Source of the DNA: Hormiphora californensis
Lineage: Eukaryota; Animalia; Ctenophora
DNA length: 64,000 nt
Assembly: GCA_020137815.1 (NCBI GenBank)
Contig: CM035360.1
Span: forward strand, 6,138,001-6,202,000
Direction of reading: 5' to 3'
Below are positions 11,701 to 25,039 of the stretch, piece after piece. A program made the position numbers and the translations under genes. The notes under the pieces are model-generated. The model ran no database searches, was not told the DNA's origin, and saw nothing but the letters and a program-made list of their open reading frames with translations. Position 1 is the stretch's first letter, and each line of letters opens with the position of its first letter.

Positions 11701-14700
11701 GCAGAAGAATTGGACATCTCTGAACCGATGTTGTTAGAGAAGTTATATTTTTTGGGGCAAAACGAATGTGTGTAGTTTGTGAACTTTCAATTCGCAATAG
11801 ACTTCTTATATATCATTGAGAGTTCTTCGGGCAGTTCTAAGTATTTTGCCTTTGCAACTCGACACTCGAGCTATTTCAGATAAATAAGCTGATGACAGGC
11901 TGGTCGGGTGTGTGTGTGTGTATTGGCATATAACACAGTGAGCTTATATGCGGGTAGCCTAGTATTACTGGCTCGGCTTTACAAGCACAGTGTACATTAT
12001 GTGCTTTTCTACAACTCCGTGAAATCAGGTAAATCTGGGCACTTTTCTTGGTGGATAGTATGGTACACACCAAGTGTGAAGTAACATGGAATTATGCTTG
12101 AGTCAGCTGTGCAGTAATGTAATAGAGTGAAATTATGTGACACTCTTGCTAAGTCCTTGTCTAGCGTGTACCCGGTCTTGTTTGATAGCGGGTGCACACT
12201 ATAGACAAATAACTCAGCTGGAAGAACTAAAACATTCAGATGGATCACAACTAACCCATGTATCGAGGAACACCGTACCCCTCGGGCAGTCCACTTCCCA
12301 GCCCCTTCTCATGGTGCATGTAACCATCGTAGTGGCTGAAGTGCCGATCAATGATATCCCTGTACTCGTTCTGCAGATTCCCACTCCTTCTCATCAGGTC
12401 GTTCAACCGTTGGGTCGTTCCTGCAGCCGATCCAGAGTCTAAAATGTGCTGTTAGTGTGCTGTAATCGGTGCTGGCTCGTTCAATTATCCGGCAGGGTGT
12501 GCAGGGATATACAATTACTATACCCGGTGCAGGGATATCCCTTTGAGGACCATAACGATTGGCCGAACAGAATTTTCTAATTTTTTGTGAAGAAGGTCAG
12601 GAGAATAATCTAAGATTATACGAAAAGGGTTTACTGAAATCGGGTTTTTACTTTTTGTGTTATGACATGGGTCATATATGACCCAGTGGTACTTATATGG
12701 TACAAAAAGGTTAGAGACGTCCTGTGTGAGCTATACTGTTATCAGGGACATAAAAACCGGCTCATTGGTGTACTAGAGGCATGACTAAACTGTTACAACC
12801 GGAATATTACGTCTCAGACGGTTTTTTACCTGATTTGGGTCATATATGACCCAGTGGGCCGTTTGGGAAAATTTCAATGATATTGCCGAAAACTAATGAG
12901 TTTCGCTATTTCAACACAAAATAAGCATTTGAAAGTTATTAATATGCTATATAATGATTGTTTAACCATTCAAATTAGATATTATGGGAATATTTACTAG
13001 ATTTGGGTCATATATGACCCAGTGGGTCGTATAGGAAAAATTCATACTTCGGATTCAAAAACTCAAATTTCAATCTTTATTTCATGTACAACCAATTACT
13101 CGTATCAATACAAATCCAATCAATGATAGTCCAATCATTCTAACTGATGGTGATGATAAAACAGTTTCGCTTTTGAGTCAGACAGAACCCCCTCCCTTTA
13201 CAACCACTCGCCGAACAACCAATATAGGTTTTCTTGTCCGATTTGCAAACATTACACCTACGCCTCTGCTCAAGGTAAACAGGAAGATGGCTCCCAGAAA
13301 GAGCTGGAGCAGATGATCCGTCATTCTTAACTTGTTGCAATGGGAATGCCCGTTCTATACAACTAAAGTCCTCAACTATACCTCTACAAACTGCCAAACG
13401 AAACTCGTTCACTTCTGGGCATGGAACGGACGTCTTTGTTGCCTTCCCCTTCACTCTTCTCAGGACTGTTTCGACTTTTTCACAGCTTTTGGCGCTTGTA
13501 ATGACATGAACAGCCTTGTTGTCGATCCATTTTACCACGTTTATTGTCGTAGATGCTACTGCAGATGCGGCAGGTGACCGGAATATCTTAATCTCTCCAC
13601 GTGACATGTCCTTATCTACAGGAAAAGATGGCATTCCTTTTCGACCTGCTGAAACTACCCCGGTATAATAGATACCATTCTCGAGAAGATGCGAGAGTAA
13701 AACTGGTTGCCTTTATCAATTCGCCTTATACACGGGACGAAAAGAATCACCTGAGCTGGGGCTAGGCGAATCTGTTGTTGTTAGTCTCACAGAATCTCTG
13801 AGGGACACCTGGATCAACGTGTACGCCGACAACTACGTCTCAACCCCCGCCCTAGTCCTCAATCTTCTCGAGAATGGTATCTATTATACCGGGGTAGTTT
13901 CAGCAGGTCGAAAAGGAATGCCATCGTTTCCTGCAGATAAGGACATGTCACATGGAGAGATGAAGATATTCCGGTCACCTGCCGCATCTGCAGTAGCATC
14001 TACGACAATAAACGTGGTAAAATGGATCGACAACAAGGCTGTTCATGTCATTACAAGCGCCAAAAGCTGGGAAAAGTCGAAACAGTCCAGAGAAGAGTGA
14101 AGGGGAAGGCAACAAAGACGTCCTTTCCATGCCCAGAAGTGATCAAGTCCTACAATGCCTAAATGGGGGGAGTCGACTTGCACGACAGACTGTCTATTAC
14201 TTGCGGAACTGATAGGAGGTCGAAACACATGTACTATCTCAGACTAGTGTTTAATATTATGGATCAATCACTCATGAACTCACGAATAGCTTACCAGGCC
14301 ATCCATCCAAACAAAACTGAAACTTCGAAAGAGTGGTTGTAAAGGGAGGGGTTCTGTCTGACTCAAAAGCGAAACTGTTTTATCATCACCATCAGTTATA
14401 ATGATTGGACTATTATTGATTGGATTTGTATTGATACGAGTAATTGGTTGTACATGAAATAAAGATTGAAATTTGAGTTTTTGAATCCGAAGTGTGATTT
14501 TTTTCCTATACGACCCACTGGGTCATATATGACCCAAATCTAGTAAATATTCCAATAATATCTAATTTGAATGGTTAAACAATCACTATATAGCATATTA
14601 ATAAATTTCAAATGCTTATTTTGTGTTGAAATAGCGAAACTCATTAGTTTTCGGCAATATCATTGAAATTTTCCCAAACGGCCCACTGGGTCATATATGA

Positions 14701-17700
14701 CCCAAATCAGGTAAAAAACCGTCTGAGGCGTAATATTCCGGTTGTAACAGTTTAGTCATGCCTCTAGTACACCAATGAGCCGGTTTTTATGTCCCTGATA
14801 ACAGTATAGCTCACACAGGACGTCTCTAACCTTTTTGTACCATTTAAGTACCACTGGGTCATAAATGACCCAATTTTTGAAATCGCTATAGCTCATTCAA
14901 TTTTTAATATTTTTTGATGCGGCTTTTTTCTTGCAGTTCTAGTTGGTCTTCTTCTAAAGTGTTTAAAATTATAGAAAATTCGTAGGAGGCGTTTAGAAAT
15001 GGCATCAAAAGTTAAAAAATGACCAAAATGAACATCATTTGGACCCAATTATCTAAACCTTAACATCAATGATTGTGCATGAAACTTGGATTTTTAGGTA
15101 GAGAAATGTCTAAACTATCGTTTAGGCTTTAGTTTGGGCTCAAAAGTTAATCCTGAAGCTGGGAAATCAGTCTTTAGTGCAATGGGTCATATATGGCCTG
15201 TGGTCCTCAAAGGGATATACAATTACTATACCCGGTGAGGGATATACCGCGTGGGCCAATAAAAAGGGAGGGTCTTAAATCTTAGATTTCTCCGGCACCG
15301 TAATTCCAATGGTTCTGAAATTTTGACACAATGTTGTTGAGCTTATGCCAGATATGTGTACAGAGTTTCAAGTCCAAAAATGGAGAAATTCATTAATGAA
15401 CCGAAATTCCTTTTTTTATAGTTAATTGGAGGTTTTCCCTTGTTCCAAGTCGATTTGGATCGCAAAATTGCAGCCACTCAATAGTATTAACATTTATCAA
15501 TGGCAATCTGAAATTTCATTGAAAATGAATAAAGTTTAGTGGGTGAAATTAATGAATTAAAAATGATCATTTTTTCAAAAAACATATTTTCGCTGAAAAT
15601 GAGAAATTTGCACTGTAGAGATGAAATCAAAACCTAGCTGGGTTATGCTTTAATCATTTAAGTTCATTCTGGTATGAAAAACTGTTTAATTTAAAAAAAT
15701 TAATTTTTTTAAATTTTCAATTTTTCGTTAATAGTTGCATAAATTAACATTAAACCGATAGTTCATTAACAAACCGTTAGTTGAGACATAAGTAAATCGA
15801 AACCTTGCTAATGGAAGCTTACCAATGCCTATACTGATTGGTAACAACAAGCGTCATGTGACCTCCATGTAAGCAAGAAAAAACGTGACATGGATGTGAC
15901 AAAATCATGTTAACAAGATTGCAATATGTCTCGAATTTCCTTTGTTGTACCCAGTATCTCATATCCGGCGTGGAGTGCAAAAGAGGTCCCTAAAAAACGA
16001 AAAAAACCGAATAGAGCAAACCTACATTGGCTTAAAATTATGAATTTAGGTTCATTAATGAATTTTTGCATTTTTGGACTTGAAACTCTGTACACATATC
16101 TGGCATAAGCTCATGAACATTGTGTCAAAATTTCAGAACCATTGGAATTACGGTGCCGGAGAAATCTAAGATTTAAGACCCTCCCTTTTTATTGGCCCAC
16201 GCGGTACAATTACTATACCCGGTGCAGGGATATACAATTACTATACCCGGTGGGGGGGTCGTCATGTTAATTTTGTTAATGTTTTGTTAATTAACAAACG
16301 ACCCTTGGTGAAACATTAACAAAATTAACAAAATTAACAAAATTAACAAAAATCGCGTTTTAGATGTTTTCAGTCGGTTTATAGTTGTTTTATGTGTTTT
16401 TAGGTGTGTTTAGGTGTTTCTATCATCTCCCATGGCAGATATTTCATAGCTAGGATAATTGTTTGGATTTCATCAAAGGTTTTGAGGTAATAAAAGGGTC
16501 ATTATAACAAAGGAGGGGTATACGAGTAAAGAACACCAGTTTAATGTATAAATAGTGCGGTAATATGACGAAAATTTTTCGGCATAATCGTTCTAAAGCT
16601 AATTCCACTTCTAGGATACTCTATAGGGTCCCTAGAAATAACCCCTGAAGTTGTCGCAAGATCGGCGATAAAGAAATTGCATTAATTGGGCCTAATTGGT
16701 TACAGGGTGCTTTCAGCCTGAAGCCAAAACCATAAATACCCTTAAAATAGGAGTAGAGACAAAACCGAGGGCACTAAAGTGATCAGCGTCCTCGCATTAG
16801 TGGGGGTAGGTGCTGGAATTAAGTCTCTATCTCATCTGGTTAATTAGATAATTGGATAATCAGCTCTGCGCATAGCCGTTTTTGGCCATATGGCTATAGC
16901 TATGTTAGGAAAGGAGTAGAGACAAAACCGAGGGCACTAAAATGGTCAGCGTCCTCGCATTAGTGGGGGTAGGTGCTGGAATTAAGTCTCTATCTCATTT
17001 GGTTAATTAGTTAATTGGATAATTAGATCTGCACATAGCCGTTTTCGGCCATATGGCTGTAGCCACTTAGGAATGGTTTAGAGACATTTCACTGGTGCCA
17101 TCTTGTAGACAATGGCCAAGTTATGGGGGGTCGACGTCGGACTTTTAAGCTCTATCTCCAACCGTTTAGCCGTTATTTGGCTTTAAAGGTGCTCAAAATG
17201 AGCAAAAAACGGTAAAAAGCCCGATTTTGAGCACCTTAAAAACCAAATAACGGCTAAACGGTTGGAGATAGAGCATAAAAGTCCGACGTATACCACCCAC
17301 AACTTGGCCATTGTCTACAAGATGGCACCCGTGAAATGTCTCTAAACCATTCCTAAGTGGCTATAGCCATATGGCCGAAAACGGCTATGTGCAGATCTAA
17401 TTATCCAATTAACTAATTAACCAGATGAGATAGAGACTTAATTCCAGCACCTACCCCCACTAATGCGAGGACGCTGATCACTTTAGTGCCCTCGGTTTTG
17501 TCTATACTCCTATTTTAAGGGTACTTATGGTTTTGGCTTCAGGCTGAAAGCACCCTGTAACCAATTAGGCCCAATTAAGGCAAGTTCTTCATCGCTGATC
17601 TTGCGACAACTTCAGGGGTTGATTCTAGGGACCCTATAGAGTTATACCCTAGAAGTGGAATTAGCTTTAGAACGATTATGCCGAAAAATTTTCGTCATAT

Positions 17701-19360
17701 TACCGCACTAGTGGCGGGTCAAAAAAATTCACAAAAAAAATTCAAAAAAATTTTTGGGGAAAAAATCCTGCCACTAAATCGGGGTGCCACTAAATCGGGG
17801 GCCATTAAATCGGGGTCCGACTGTATATCAGTGTTGATTGGATGGGTAGTACGTATAATATTGTCAAAAATAACGCAAATGATCTATTAAAGCGGGATTA
17901 AAAGCTTCAAAAAGACTTAAAAAAGCTTCTTTTTTTTGTTAATAATGTTAATAATGTTAATAATGTTAATAATGTTAATGTTAACATTTTAAAAATTTTC
18001 ATGAAACATTAACATTAACATGACGACCCCCCCTACCCGGTGCAGGGATATACAATTACTATACCCGGTGCAGGGATATACAATTACTATACCCGGTACA
18101 GGGATATACAATTACTATACCCGGTGCAGGGATATACAATTACTATACCCGGTACAGGGATATACAATTACTATACCCGGTGCAGGGATATACAATTACT
18201 ATACCCGGTGCAGGGATATACAATTACTATACCCGGTGCAGGGATATACAATTACTATACCCGGTGCAGGGATATACAATTACTATACCCGGTGAGGGAG
18301 GGGAGAAGGGCGGTAGGCAGAGGGCATAGCAAATTCCATAATGGTCAGAGAGAGTAGGAGGAAGAGAGTAGTTCTTAAGTTTTTCTTCGGTGCGCTTAAG
18401 TCGGGCATGCCAGAAGTGACGTTCAATCGAGACTGTCAAATTTTACTAGTTTTGAGAAACAAAATTGTTTAATCAAAGAAAGGTCGAAGAGAAAGAAAGA
18501 CGAAAGACAATAAAGATAGTAAGAAATATTTTTCAGCTATTAAAAATTTGATTGATGCTTACATGAAAAGTTGCTGGATTGCATTTTTGGGCAGTACATG
18601 AGCTTATTTGAGGCCGGGACGATTCCAAGTTTTACCCGCCAAGGATAGGATGCATAAAGGTCAAAGTAATGCAAAGTCTGGGATCACATGCGTATAATCG
18701 ATAATGATGGGAATGGAAATCAATAATCATGTTAATCATCATCCAATATAACCGGGTAAGGGTTCCTTGAGAAACTTCATTAATATATCATAGTGTGATG
18801 CTAGCTGTCTAGTACAATATATACCTGGATCTGAGGCATCTCTTAGGCGGCTCCTGTTTGTATCATTTGTGTAGCGGCCGCTTATAAAGTCAAAGTTGTA
18901 GCATCCACTGGTCGCTCCGGGGTAGTACGAACTCGTTTCTGCCAGACTCCTATAGGAATTAGGAAAGATAGGGATAGTAATTGTTAGTTTCACCCTATGT
19001 TAAAAAGTAATAACCCGATAGAAGTACACAGAACACGGAAGTTTGCTCACAGTAGCTGTGGTTGTGGAATACTGAAATCTAAATTCAGCCTTTGCGAATT
19101 TGGCAAAAAGTGGATTATACGTTACGTTTCAATGCTCTGTATAACACTGTAGCATGAGCAGGTAGTTGCTGCATGTACCTGTAGTTTCGGGTGGGTGTGG
19201 AGGAGTAGGAAGAATAGCTGGAGCTGTAGGGGGAGCTCGAATAGGATGAGTACCGGTTATAGGTGGAGGGTGCAGTTGTGTTGTACGACCTCCCGTACGA
19301 GGACGGGGCCGAGTATCCCGTGTAGTCGGTATTCCAGGAACGGTAGTGCCGGGAACTCAT
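8707..19360 (-). CDS. Gene A: orphan ~680-aa largely disordered protein (Ser/Tyr-rich N-terminus, acidic middle, PAEAA repeats, KKVGKVNFGKF C-terminal motif)
   Basis: Phase-consistent GT-AG exons: 19360-19179, 18949-18825, 12438-12256, 11698-11635, 11468-11374, 11112-10888, 10547-10441, 9908-9744, 9609-8707. No family recognised; internal exon choices are a manual model. Confidence 0.75.
9060..9452 (-). repeat. 15-bp coding tandem repeat encoding (PAEAA)n
   Basis: gcggcttcagcagga units on the + strand with variation mostly at synonymous positions of the minus frame. Confidence 0.95.
13140..13683 (-). pseudogene. piggyBac transposase C-terminal fragment (inverted copy, with Cys-rich domain)
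   Basis: VVKWIDNKAVHVITS and RRRCNVCKS..GCSASGC..FCLTQKRNCF. Confidence 0.85.
13700..14398 (+). pseudogene. piggyBac transposase catalytic-core fragment, frameshifted and internally deleted
   Basis: GLGESVV..VYADNYVSTPAL..GIYYTG and YNAKMGGVDLHD motifs, matching the second and third catalytic Asp regions. Confidence 0.88.
15247..16204. mobile_element. Tc1/mariner-type MITE with ~165-bp TIRs
   Basis: ccgcgtgggccaataaaaaggg...ccctttttattggcccacgcgg; TA TSD restores the host minisatellite unit. Confidence 0.9.
16252..18033. mobile_element. Poly-G-ended non-autonomous element
   Basis: gggggggtcgtcatgttaat...attaacatgacgaccccccc; 8-bp TSD tacccggt; subterminal ttaac/aatgtt arrays. Confidence 0.88.
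16553..17710. mobile_element. Nested ~1.16-kb fold-back (palindromic) element
   Basis: tagtgcggtaatatgacg...cgtcatattaccgcacta; long inverted arms with a ~150-bp direct duplication in the left arm. Followed by a truncated right end (...cggggtccgactgta, ~17825) of the MITE family also seen at 52895. Confidence 0.75.
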
Positions 19361-21187
19361 TGGAAGAGGGATCAGGGAGGGCTCAGAGGGGACGTGCTAA
19401 TATAAGGAAATGAAGGTGATGTTAGCAGGTGTAATATTAAGTAGTACGCTAAAAGCAACTTGCTGAAATAAATTAAGTTTAAAAGCAATCATTGGCGGCT
19501 TAGAGAAGCTTTCAGGATTTCTAAGCTAAAATAGTATATTCCTGACTAATTACTGAATTAGGTTTGCATTTCGGATACCCTGACAGGCGCCTCCGGGTAA
19601 ATAATACATGTAACTAAAAAGACTGCTAGTAACACTATCATTATATATTGGGATAATAAGGCTGTCGCCATTAATCTTGTTACAGAGTTGTGTGTTACAT
19701 AAATCTCAGAATCACACACACTGACATTACTACCAACTAGCGTTGCACAAGCTGTCAACAGTGCAACTCCTTCCTCCATCTCTCTCTACTGGAAACTCCC
19801 TCTCTACTGGAGCTCTGCTGTGCAAGCTTCTACTGCTGTAAAGCTCTTTGCAGTAATTATTACCGGCAGGGCCTTTGTGGCAGTGCAAGTGAGTGTATCG
19901 AGAGGTGGGGCCGTGAGGGGGTTCTCATTGGTGAATGCTGTTAGAGGTGTCAAACAACACCTCCCAGTGCACACTGAGATGGAGTCACACACAAATAGCA
20001 CAACCAACACAGTTCGGTAGAAAGCAGAAGTACTGTCAGAGCATTGACCTGACCTTATTCTCATTTCTTTCAAAGAGAACCGCGATCAGAGCATTGGCCT
20101 GACAGCACTGACCGCTATGTTGTCGGAGAAGAAAGAGAAGAGGGACGGAGAGGGAAGATTGGTCAGTGGTCAGGCGGACAAAGAAGAGTGGTCAGGCTAA
20201 AGAGAAGAGGGGCCAGGTATCAACCTGGCTTGTTAAGTAACTTGAGTAACAAACTCAACAAAACCTGACAGAAGACGCATATAATAACAATGAAGGAATG
20301 GCAAAACTAACATGTCACAACTAATATGTCACAACTACTAACTACTCAGTGAAGGTGTAATGATTCACTTTGGATTCCTTTAGTTGCCCATCCTGTTTTT
20401 CTCGGGGGAAGCCTCTATATGCTCCTGTCAAAAACACAGCAGATCTCGCATTCCTAACCCGCCTGAGCGTTTACTGGAGAGAGAGAAGGAATTGTGGGCA
20501 ATTCATATTCAATAAACTAGTTGTCGAGGGAATTGTCGTTGATGGATAAACATGAAGGGTATATCTGGTAGGGGATGAGTTGAAGGATCTCTATTAAGTT
20601 GAACTCAGGGATATCGGAAAACCTCTCGACATAGAATAGGAAAACCTTTCGACAGTATTATAAACTAATTAAATATATGTGAAAGAGAAAATAATTACAG
20701 GTTTTCTACCACAAACATAATTAAAGGTGAAGCTATATAAAGTTCACAAAAACAAAATGCTGACTGTTATGAAGTGCCATGTGAAAATAGCCGACACTGA
20801 TAGTACAGCTGCAGCAGCTCAGCCGCTAATAACACTGAGCTCAGTTCCCCTCTCTGATAATGAGAACCTGTCTGAACTCTGAACTCTGGAGAGAGAGAGA
20901 GAGATAGAGAGTGGGAGAAAGAGAGGGAGGAGGAGAAAGAGAGGGAGAGTGGAAATAGAGGGCCTGGCTCAGAGAGGAGGGCCATACTGCTGCTGCAGCA
21001 GTAGTCTGGTGTAGACAGAAGTTGAATGAAAAAAGAGGAGGGAGAGTGGGAACGAGAAAGAGAGAGAAATGGCCTTTCCACTTCTTGATGTTAGACGTTT
21101 ATAATTGGTCGCAATTAATTTTTCTGCCATGCAAGAGAGCTTGTAAATATAGCAGCATGAATTTCAACTCTATCAATGAGAAAATTC

Positions 21188-22689
21188 GGTAGTATGGTAG
21201 TTAAGGTCGTGCGCACTTTTTGGCGCCATTTGGCGCCAAATTGGCGCCATTTTGGCGCCATTTTGGCGCCACGTGGCGCCACGTGGCGATATTTTAGCGC
21301 CAAATGGCGCCAAAATTTGGCGACTGCGCACAACCGCCAATTTGGCGCCAAAATGGCGCCAAGTTGGCGATTTTTTGGCGCCAAATGGCGCCACGTGGCG
21401 CCACGTGGCGATGGTAAATCGCCAAGTGTTGGCGGTATTTGGCGGTACCGCCACGTGGCGATGCGAATTTGTCTGAATAAACTGTGTCCATCGCCAAGTG
21501 GCGCCAAATTGGCGCCAAATTGGCGCCATGTACTTTTCACTCTTGGCGCCAAATTGGCGCCAAATTGGCGCCACTTGGCGAGTGGGAACGTTCAGAAGCG
21601 GAAATTAACCACCTCTTTGGCGCAATTTTGGCGCCAAATTGGCGCTGCTTGGCGATAGGCGCCAATTTGGCGCCAAGTGGTGCTGCTTAGCGCCAATTTA
21701 GCGCCAAATTGGCGATTGGATACAAATCGCCAACTTAGCGCCAATTTGGCGCCAATTTGGCGACTGGCGCCAATTTAGCGCCAATTTGGCGCCAAATGGC
21801 GCTACTTGGCGCCAAATTGGCGCCAAATTGGCGATTGGATACAAATCGCCAACTTAGCGCTAAATTGGCGATTTGTATCCAATCGCCAATTTGGCGCTAA
21901 TTTGGCGCCAAGCAGCGCCATTTGGCGCCAAATTGGCGCTAAATTGGCGCCAGTCGCCATTTTGGCGCCAATTTGGCGCTTAGTTGGCGATTTTTATCCA
22001 ATCGCCAATTTGGCGCTAAATTGGCGCCAAGCAGCGCCATTTGGCGCCAAATTGGCGCTAATTTGGCGTCAATCGCCATTTTGGCGCCAAATTGGCGCTA
22101 AGTTGGCGGCAATCGCCAAGCAGCGCTAAGTTGGCGATTTGTGTCCAATCGCCAATTTGGCGCCAAATTGGCGCTAAGTTGGCGGCAATCGCCAAGCAGC
22201 GCCAATTTGGCGCCAATTTGGCGCTAAGTTGGCGATTTGTATCTAATCGCCAATTTAGCGCCAAATTGGCGCCACATGGCGCCATTTGGCGCCACTTGGC
22301 GATAGGAATTCCTCTGATGGACGTTATGAATATTTGGAATTTTAGGTACTATCGCCAATTTGGCGCCAATTTGGCGCCACTTGGCGATGGACACAGTTTA
22401 TTCAGACAAATTCGCATCGCCACGTGGCGGTACCGCCAAATACCGCCAACACTTGGCGATTTACCATCGCCACGTGGCGCCACTTGGCGCCACGTGGCGC
22501 CATTTGGCGCCAAAAAATCGCCAACTTGGCGCCATTTTGGCGCCAAATTGGCGGTTGTGCGCAGTCGCCAAATTTTGGCGCCATTTGGCGCTAAAATATC
22601 GCCACGTGGCGCCACGTGGCGCCAAAATGGCGCCAATTTGGCGCCAAATGGCGCCAAAAAGTGCGCACGACCTTAACTACCATACTACC
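21188..22689. mobile_element. Fold-back element built from TTGGCGCCAA palindromic subrepeats
   Basis: TIR ggtagtatggtagttaaggtcgtgcgcac with arms of ~330 bp; 8-bp TSD gaaaattc; GG..CC ends (Merlin-like by inference). Confidence 0.88.
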
Positions 22690-23212
22690 GAAAATTCGGT
22701 GCAGTATAACATCTCGCAGCATTCCAAGCGAGTTTTGACATTATCACACATGAAAATTGAGTTATTACTCCGCAAATTTAGTTACCCAATATTATAATTT
22801 TAACACGAAACCCCAGCAGAATTAATTATTCAAATTAATTGTAGAAGCAAGTTAAATAATCGGAAATTAATCGTTTTAGGATGGCAAATGAACCAGTTAT
22901 GAAAATGGTACCTAATCTTCAATCGTTCCCTGAACAAGAAATGACATGGAGCTTGCACTACAGAAAGTCTCTACTACAACCTCTCAGCAACCTCTCTACA
23001 CCATCTCAGCTTCTACTAAAACTTTACTTCTAAAGTCATATGCAGGGTAAGTACAAACTAACAAGTAGAAACACTGTGTACTGTACCTGGGCACTGCCCG
23101 ATCACACAGTTTGCAGTCTCGATCACGGTGCCTCAGATCCTGTTGTGAATTCTCAAAATTTAAGATTGTGGCTGTGGCGAATGAATAACTATTCCTACGT
23201 TCGATCTAAGTT

Positions 23213-23613
23213 ATAGAGACATGTTAACTAGAAAAGGTAGTGTTGAATAGAGACATGTTAACTAGAAAAGGTAGTGTTGAATAGAGACAGGTTAACTAGA
23301 AAAGGTAGTGTTGAATAGAGACATGTTAACTAGAAAAGGTAGTGTTGAATAGAGACATGTTAACTAGAAAAGGTAGTGTTGAATAGAGACATGTTAACTA
23401 GAAAAGGTAGTGTTGAATAGAGACATGTTAACTAGAAAAGGTAGTGTTGAATAGAGACATGTTAACTAGAAAAGGTAGTGTTGAATAGAGACATGTTAAC
23501 TAGAAAAGGTATTGTTGAATAGAGACATGTTAACTAGAAAAGGGTTCAATAGAGACATGTTAACTAGAAAAGATATTGTTGAATAGAGACATGTTAACTA
23601 GAAAAGGTAGTGT
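23213..23613. repeat. 34-bp minisatellite, about 12 copies
   Basis: atagagacatgttaactagaaaaggtagtgttga, head-to-tail with no spacers. Confidence 0.95.
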
Positions 23614-23702
23614 GAGCGTGGTGAGTTCCTCAAGGCTACAAGCATGCTGAGTTGGAGCGAAATGTGTGAGTCAGATTTACCAGCAGTGGGAGAGAAATAA
23701 AA

Positions 23703-24093
<391 letters not shown>

Positions 24094-24723
24094 AAAAATT
24101 GAAGTAGTAGAGGGTGAATTGGAATGAAGTTAAGAGTGGAGGTGAAATACAAAGCACAGAGTGAATGGTAGAAGTGAATACAAATGAAATTGAAGTGTGA
24201 AATAGTGATAGAGTGAGTTGTGAAATTACAATAGAAGAGGTGGAAATAATAGTGAAATACCATAGAGAGTGAAGTGGAAGTGATGAAATACAAAGAAAAG
24301 AAAACATACGAGGGGGCTTTGTTTCCCTTTGTATAATTGTAGGGTGTTTATGTATTGAGACGGACCCTTAGGCCGGATGGTCATGGTTTTATGATAGCCG
24401 GCCATGGTTAGTTATAGCCCATTTTATATTATAAATAGATCGGACCAATCGGTAACCCAGTAGAGTGCACAGGAACAGTGGGCTCTGTGATATGTGGATT
24501 GTGGGCGGGTGGAAGGTGGGTGTAGATGGGGGGGGTGGGGTCGGGGGCCGGTCATGTGGTGCGTGGGAGGGCGTGCCGGTGTGGTGTTTTGGAGGGGTGG
24601 TATAGTTTTTGGGTTGGGTGGTGTTTTGTATAACACAAATTTACAACAGTTTTTCATCTATCTCTCTCTCTCTCTATCTCTCTCTCTCTATCTCCTCTCT
24701 CTCTCTCTCTCTCTTCTCTCTCC

Positions 24724-24766
<43 letters not shown>

Positions 24767-25039
24767 CGAATACACGCACTATCCGACGGCGGGCGTGAGC
24801 CCGCCTCGGACAGGTAAGATCCCCTAATTCCGGATGCATTGTCACACCTAAGGAAAAAAGGGGGTACCTGAATAAAGATAACTACGGAACCCAGAAGGGC
24901 GGGGAGATATAAGGGTAGCAAAATGATAATGAACTCGGTTAAATAGGATGTTACCCCGCCATAATGAGTACATAAAATGGTCTCAAAAAATATTTAATAA
25001 ACATAGGGACACACAAAATGAAAACTCTACATCTAGGGA

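Larger units (their letters stand above)
12539..15214. mobile_element. Rearranged piggyBac-superfamily transposon
   Basis: TIR ccctttgaggacca...tggtcctcaaaggg; TSD ATAT; palindromic tgggtcatatatgaccca boxes spaced 168 bp apart; piggyBac transposase remnants. Confidence 0.9.
12500..18294. repeat. 28-bp intronic minisatellite broken up by three transposon insertions
   Basis: Unit gcagggatatacaattactatacccggt at 12500-12538, 15215-15246, 16205-16251 and about 9 copies at 18034-18294. Confidence 0.92.

Noticed and set aside
21115-22797. Many overlapping ORFs rich in WRQ/LAP
   Set aside because: Produced by stop-poor TGGCGCCA palindromic repeats in a fold-back element.
23213-23613. 34-bp repeat array as a CRISPR array
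   Set aside because: Units are head-to-tail without unique spacers, there are no cas genes, and the context is eukaryotic.
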